From a virus: a stretch of 64,000 nucleotides of DNA. The stretch covers positions 1 to 64,000 of the IMG/VR virus record IMGVR_UViG_3300049139_000233. One strand, 5' to 3'. Positions within the stretch are counted from its first letter, which is position 1. Each line of letters starts with the position of its first letter. The notes under the pieces were generated by a model. It was not told the origin of the DNA. It ran no database searches and saw only the letters and a list, made by a program, of their open reading frames with translations. The position numbers and the translations under genes were made by a program. This document shows positions 60,901 through 64,000 of this stretch, piece by piece.

Positions 60901-62367
60901 CTCGGTCGGGTGGTTGTCGGACGCGTTGCCGAGCAGGGCCCGGTGCGAGACGACGGTGTGATAGCCGCCCTTCTCGCCGAACGCGCGGGCGATCGCGTCC
61001 ATGACCGTCGACTTGCCGTTGGAGCCGCCGCCCTGGAGCAGCATGATGATGTCGTCCGGCGGGATGTGGCCGGTGGCCGCCTGGCCGATGCGGAGCTGGA
61101 ACCAGTCCATCACGTCCTCGGGGACGGCCTCCAGTGCCTTCTCCCAGTCGGGGTGGCGGGCGCCGGGGACGTAGTCCGCCGCCGTGATCTTCGTCATCAG
61201 CCGGTCGGGGTCGTGCGGGGTGAGCACGCCGGTCTTGAGGTCCAGGATGCCGTTCTGGCAGTTGAGGGCGTCGGGGTCGTAGTCGAAATCCGAGGCCGCC
61301 GACTCCAGGATGCCCCGGCTCAGCTTGAGCAGGTTGCCCAGCTTGGATGCGGCGAGCGCACCGCGCCAGCCGTCCATCTGGCTGCGCAGGTCCTTGTTCG
61401 GCTCGTTGCGCTGCTGGTCGAGCACCCGCTGGAAGCCGGCGAGTGCCCACTGCCGGATGTCCTCCATGACGGCGGCGTCCGTGCACTCGGTCCACACCTT
61501 GCCGTCCCAGCGCATCCACCCGAGCCCGGCGGCCCAGCGGTAGCGGCCCTCCAGCGCTTCGGAGCACACCGTGTCGGCGAGAACGGCGTCGCTGAATGCG
61601 GCGTCGCGGGTGTTGTCGCTCGGCATCTCGGCGGTGGCCGCGTCGCGCAGGCCCTCCAGCGTGCCGCCGGCGTGGAAGTAGTCGTCCACGCCCTTGACCT
61701 GCGCCCCGTTCACTTCCTCGGGGACGATCAGGTAGCGGATGTCGGTGGCGCCCTTGGACTCCAGCCACATGCCGAGCCGGCGCATGGCCATGAGCACCAT
61801 GCGGTTGTGCCGGGCGTCGGAGTCGAAACAGATGACGACGGTGCGGCCCTTGAGAGGGATGTCCTCCCAGTCCCCGAGGGTGCCCAGGCGGGAACGCCAG
61901 TTGAAGACGCCGGACAGGCTCACGACCGGCAGTCCCTTGGAGGCGAGGGAGTCCGCCTTCTTCACGCCCTCGGTGATCCACAACGGGGCCGACGCCATGC
62001 GCACGGCGTTCGCCATGAGCGGCGGGACGTCCAGGCGCGGCTTCGTGCCGACGGGGGACGCGTATTTCATCATCTTGTCGCCGCTGCCGCTGCTGTGCGG
62101 CTGCGGCTGGCCGGGCTTGAACTGAGCGCCGATGCGCTCACCGGTCACCCGGTACAGCGGGATGAGCAGGCCGGGGAACGCGGTGTCCTCGCGCCAGGCC
62201 CACACCGGGATGGACTCCTCGCGCAGCCGCGCGCGGTCCTCGTCGCTGCCGTACAGGGTTTCGTAGCCGCGTGCGTCGCGGTGCTCCGGGGCGATCTCGC
62301 TGGCGTCCAGCTCCGCCAGGTGGTGGTCCGACAACTGCCCCGCGTTCGTGTCCACGTACGTGGTCAT
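57994..62367 (-). CDS. fused replicase: Toprim primase-like domain + P4/D5-type SF3 helicase + family A DNA polymerase with 3'-5' exonuclease (1457 aa)
   Basis: WITEGVKKAD..ICFDSDA (Toprim). GGGSNGKST / VLEETPE (Walker A/B). FDLETHS, GHNLLGFDL (exo). CFDMDQVDMR, KRIGHGWNYG, VVHDEVV (Pol A/B/C). ATG at 62367 preceded by accaaggaatcgaggaaacaccg. Confidence 0.85.
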   Translation of the reverse strand: MTTYVDTNAGQLSDHHLAELDASEIAPEHRDARGYETLYGSDEDRARLREESIPVWAWREDTAFPGLLIPLYRVTGERIGAQFKPGQPQPHSSGSGDKMMKYASPVGTKPRLDVPPLMANAVRMASAPLWITEGVKKADSLASKGLPVVSLSGVFNWRSRLGTLGDWEDIPLKGRTVVICFDSDARHNRMVLMAMRRLGMWLESKGATDIRYLIVPEEVNGAQVKGVDDYFHAGGTLEGLRDAATAEMPSDNTRDAAFSDAVLADTVCSEALEGRYRWAAGLGWMRWDGKVWTECTDAAVMEDIRQWALAGFQRVLDQQRNEPNKDLRSQMDGWRGALAASKLGNLLKLSRGILESAASDFDYDPDALNCQNGILDLKTGVLTPHDPDRLMTKITAADYVPGARHPDWEKALEAVPEDVMDWFQLRIGQAATGHIPPDDIIMLLQGGGSNGKSTVMDAIARAFGEKGGYHTVVSHRALLGNASDNHPTEMMDFMGARLAVLEETPEAKRLDVNRAKQLAGTKAIKARRMRQDPVTFTTSHTLVINTNHRPLVDETDHGTWRRLALLSFPYTFRKPGEPCTGPNDKPGDGTLRQRLATDERVPEAVLAWAVAGARRWYAAGQIMPPPPKRVEDDTLDWRRESDLVLSFIGDVLTFDWNSHILAKELHEVFNKYLEDKGHREWTDRTFVSRFGSHDECSRNGVTRKKIRARDGRSTLSPGSTTGVNYYAWLGVRFQDPYENDEVNEGGDNGVPPVPPSGYNTENGSPIGSYGGDGTGGTRSGAAPDADPFNGDPFAEAEPVSAPVATVPAPSPPPEAEAVPRAGGCVGFDLETHSAKHLFTHKDLGGDPYVRLAGYVTEDGTEVVVNSVDELIKRLEDADELYGHNLLGFDLMALAIHHGADYDKLAAKAVDTLRWEQTINPPGAAHEKPWAEKGYYGLDKTALRYGVNGKTDDLAALAFKYGPAEAGGKSLTKEERTDLGYGRIPVNELSTYFSGDLQATRGVRRALGEPSDYVRREMRVAHIQHRPTLTGWKVDVPVLREMVEEEAAKRQASLEWLHDNCGIPLTKTEGKGRGKNRVFTEVPVKSPLSTTVGKEAVIRALAERGVQHYPKTPSGDIALNKDALGEASYMLGKGAGARQVPAMLNPNVLRVFAERGADVDALREMCGHIVTVTSSVQKYQEIMDHLIGDRVHPQVGDLQGSGRWAYVRPSVTNIGKRGGKVHQRRPLIADDGHLLICFDMDQVDMRAIAGHCQDPAYMQNFAPGVDAHSMVTDAVFGRSRCECIGPKHTCEWRDYTKRIGHGWNYGMSVKGIANSGVELELAQKFDDQMNAQYPGLCAWRQEVRDRAAAGELLDNGFGRLMRANPDRAWTQAPALMGQGGARDIMCEGLLRLTDMLPEALEWLRCVVHDEVVLCVPEHLVDGVREAVLEAFTFEFKGVPITAGASKAARSWADCYAKD
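60037..60121. repeat. 85-bp iteron element, copy B, embedded in the helicase-polymerase linker coding region
   Basis: TGTACC-gcc-TGTACC / 55 nt / GGTACA-ggg-GGTACA. Collinear with 13946..14030. Confidence 0.7.
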
Positions 62368-62423
62368 CGGTGTTTCCTCGATTCCTTGGTCCGTGCTTCC
62401 TTGGTCTGCTGGGGCGTGGGCAC

Positions 62424-62906
62424 TTACGTTCTCCTCCCCTTCCGGCCGGCCGGGCGCCGACTGTCGAACCGGGCCGCTGAAGCGGCGTCCCACGCCGGCC
62501 GGAACTCGGGGCCGGTCCACATGCGGTGGACGTCGGCGACCATGCCGCTCGGGTGCCAGACGCGGACGGTGTGATCCCGCCCGCAGACGTCACCCTGGCG
62601 GTGCAGGCCGCGCACCGTGAACAGCATCAGACCGGTCTTGGTGACGAGACCCTTCCAGCGTGGGTCGTCAAAGGTATCCGCGAGCGGCTTTATCTCCATC
62701 CACGCCTGGTCAGCGCCCTGATGGGGCCTGATGCGGAAGTCCGGCAGGTACCCGCGCGAGCCGACGCGGTACGCCTGCGGCTCGTACTCCCACGGGATGC
62801 CCGCGTGCTCGAAGAACACGATCCACCGGGCCTCCAGCCGGGAGCGTGTGACGACCCCGTGCACGGCGGTGGGTATCGGCCGGACGACCTGGTACAGGCT
62901 GTTCAT
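62424..62906 (-). CDS. PD-(D/E)xK nuclease (Hjc/TnsA-N-like; resolvase candidate)
   Basis: SRLEARWIVFFEHAGIPWEYEP...YLPDFRI...WMEIKP motif series. ATGA overlap with the upstream gene. Confidence 0.7.
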   Translation of the reverse strand: MNSLYQVVRPIPTAVHGVVTRSRLEARWIVFFEHAGIPWEYEPQAYRVGSRGYLPDFRIRPHQGADQAWMEIKPLADTFDDPRWKGLVTKTGLMLFTVRGLHRQGDVCGRDHTVRVWHPSGMVADVHRMWTGPEFRPAWDAASAARFDSRRPAGRKGRRT

Positions 62907-63133
62907 GACGGTGAGCCCGTGGGCGCCTGTGAGGTCGTCGGGGCGGGCACGGCCACGGGTGTGTTGCGGGCGATCCGCCACGCCTCGGACTCCTCCTCGG
63001 AGATCCACACCCGGCCGTTGCCGCTCTTGTGCTTGGTCAGCGGGATGTCCGGGTCGTCCAGCCAGCGGTACACCGACCCGGTGTGCACGCCGTGCCGGTC
63101 TGCCACCTGCGCGACGGTCAGAAAGCCTTCCAC
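62903..63133 (-). CDS. excisionase/MerR-type HTH DNA-binding protein
   Basis: LTVAQVADRHGVHTGSVYRWL. First gene of the - strand replication block. Confidence 0.75.
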   Translation of the reverse strand: MEGFLTVAQVADRHGVHTGSVYRWLDDPDIPLTKHKSGNGRVWISEEESEAWRIARNTPVAVPAPTTSQAPTGSPS

Positions 63134-63149
63134 TGTTCCTCCTTGACGA

Positions 63150-63197
63150 TGTGTAAGTGCGCGTCACGATGATACCCGCGTTTACACACGCTTACAC
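63150..63197. promoter_or_regulatory. GTGTAA / TTACAC half-site cluster in a divergent control region
   Basis: tgtgtaag at 63150..63157 faces ttacaca at 63182..63188 and cttacac at 63191..63197. Confidence 0.4.
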
Positions 63198-63361
63198 GAG
63201 GGGTACCATATCGGACGTGGGGCCCGACGGAGCCCCGCCGACCACTGACCAAGGAATCCCGGGACGCCGGGCACAGATGAGGTGCCGCCACCGGCGCCCG
63301 CGCATCCCCTGTGAGGTGCGGGTTCGGTGATTGTGCACCCCGCTGGGAGGATCACGGACCC

Positions 63362-63685
63362 ATGACCAAGGAACAGGCCGCCTACGCGGCGGCGCTCAAC
63401 GCGATCGGCTCGGACATCCTGGACTCTGAGGGCGAGGACGCGTACCTGGCGGACCACCTCGGTGAGATGCGCCGGCGGGCCGCCCACTCCACCGGCCCGC
63501 ACGCCGACTGCCCGCGCTGCTGGTGGACCGTCCCCTGCGGCGGACCGGCGGACGGCGAGCACTTCGCCGACCTGTGGGAGCACCTGATCGTCCGTCACGG
63601 CGCCGACCCCCGTTACGCCGACGAGCCCGCGCGCACGGCCTGGCGCCACGCGGAGGCGGAGTACAGGGCAACGGTGACCGCATGA
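63362..63685 (+). CDS. hypothetical protein (107 aa)
   Basis: Internal ATG of track ORF 63311..63685, preceded by gggaggatcacggaccc. Confidence 0.8.
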   Translation: MTKEQAAYAAALNAIGSDILDSEGEDAYLADHLGEMRRRAAHSTGPHADCPRCWWTVPCGGPADGEHFADLWEHLIVRHGADPRYADEPARTAWRHAEAEYRATVTA

Positions 63686-63780
63686 GCGACGAGACGATGT
63701 ACCGGGGCTTCCGGATCCCCGACGCGCAGGCCCGGGAGCTGCTGGAGGCGGTACGGAAGGACGAGGAGGAGAACCGGTGA
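63682..63780 (+). CDS. hypothetical small protein (32 aa)
   Basis: ATGA overlap with the upstream stop and GTGA overlap with the downstream start. GC3-rich. Confidence 0.5.
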   Translation: MSDETMYRGFRIPDAQARELLEAVRKDEEENR

Positions 63781-64000
63781 GTCCCGCGAGCGAGACCCTG
63801 CAACTCCGCCCGTATCAGCGCGAGTGCATCGACGCGATCCGGGCCGCGTGGGCCGACGGGATGCAGCGGCCGGCCGTCGTGCTGGCCACCGGCATGGGCA
63901 AGACGGTCATCTTCTCCCGCATGGCGGCCGAGCACGTCGCGGCCGAGGGGACGCGGGTCGTCATCCTCGTGCACCGCGACGAGCTGGCCGACCAGACCCT
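63777..64000 (+). CDS. SF2 (DEAD/DEAH-type) helicase, 3' truncated by the window
   Basis: My own translation: LQLRPYQRECIDAI..VVLATGMGKTVIFS (Q-like motif plus Walker A). Not in the ORF track because there is no stop in the window. Confidence 0.75.
   Translation, partial: MSPASETLQLRPYQRECIDAIRAAWADGMQRPAVVLATGMGKTVIFSRMAAEHVAAEGTRVVILVHRDELADQT

Noticed and set aside
63277-63330. Short ORF (MRCRHRRPRIPCEVRVR) after a leader-like sequence in the divergent region
   Set aside because: It is tiny and Arg-rich, with no supporting signal beyond a partial leader match.

Overview
The whole 64-kb window reads as one temperate, very high-G+C actinobacterial (Streptomyces-type) siphovirus or prophage. 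I saw no host housekeeping genes. Layout: (1) 1-8.2 kb, + strand: small early-type genes, most built as GC hairpin / AT-rich palindrome / conserved double-SD leader / ORF. This arm also holds a tRNA-like element, a minus-strand ParA / ParB-like pair and a WhiB-like regulator. (2) 8.3-32.3 kb, - strand: glycosyltransferase, lysis cassette, three paralogous fibre genes, a CBM + Dit-like minor tail protein, a 1115-aa tape measure with an SLT domain, G/GT chaperones, head-tail genes, a scaffold-fused capsid gene, a 2H-phosphoesterase-MuF-protease fusion and the portal. (3) 32.4-43.0 kb: a ~10.6-kb accessory/lysogeny island wedged between portal and large terminase. It carries a GP88-like protein, a graspetide (ATP-grasp RiPP) cassette, an XRE-TPR repressor, a tyrosine integrase, a Zn-finger-DEDDh exonuclease and membrane proteins. 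(4) 43-49 kb: TerL, a secreted Rpf-NlpC/P60-LysM hydrolase, a triple LuxR-HTH protein, a sugar 4,6-dehydratase-like enzyme and a TerS-like protein. (5) 49.1-54.1 kb: the FolE-QueE-QueD-QueC preQ0 pathway, two tandem DpdA paralogs and a ParB/Srx-like protein (7-deazaguanine DNA modification). (6) 54-63 kb: small Cys-rich early proteins and a 1457-aa Toprim-SF3 helicase-PolA replicase. (7) Right edge: divergent + strand genes ending in a truncated SF2 helicase. The most interesting items are the phage-borne graspetide cassette, the dual-DpdA/ParB-like deazaguanine module, the virion-targeted 2H phosphoesterase, an 85-bp TGTACC-iteron element present twice (once inside the replicase gene), and a dispersed AT-rich palindrome. 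All functional calls come from motif recognition by eye, with no database search. Many gene starts were trimmed from the ORF track using RBS, leader and overlap logic.
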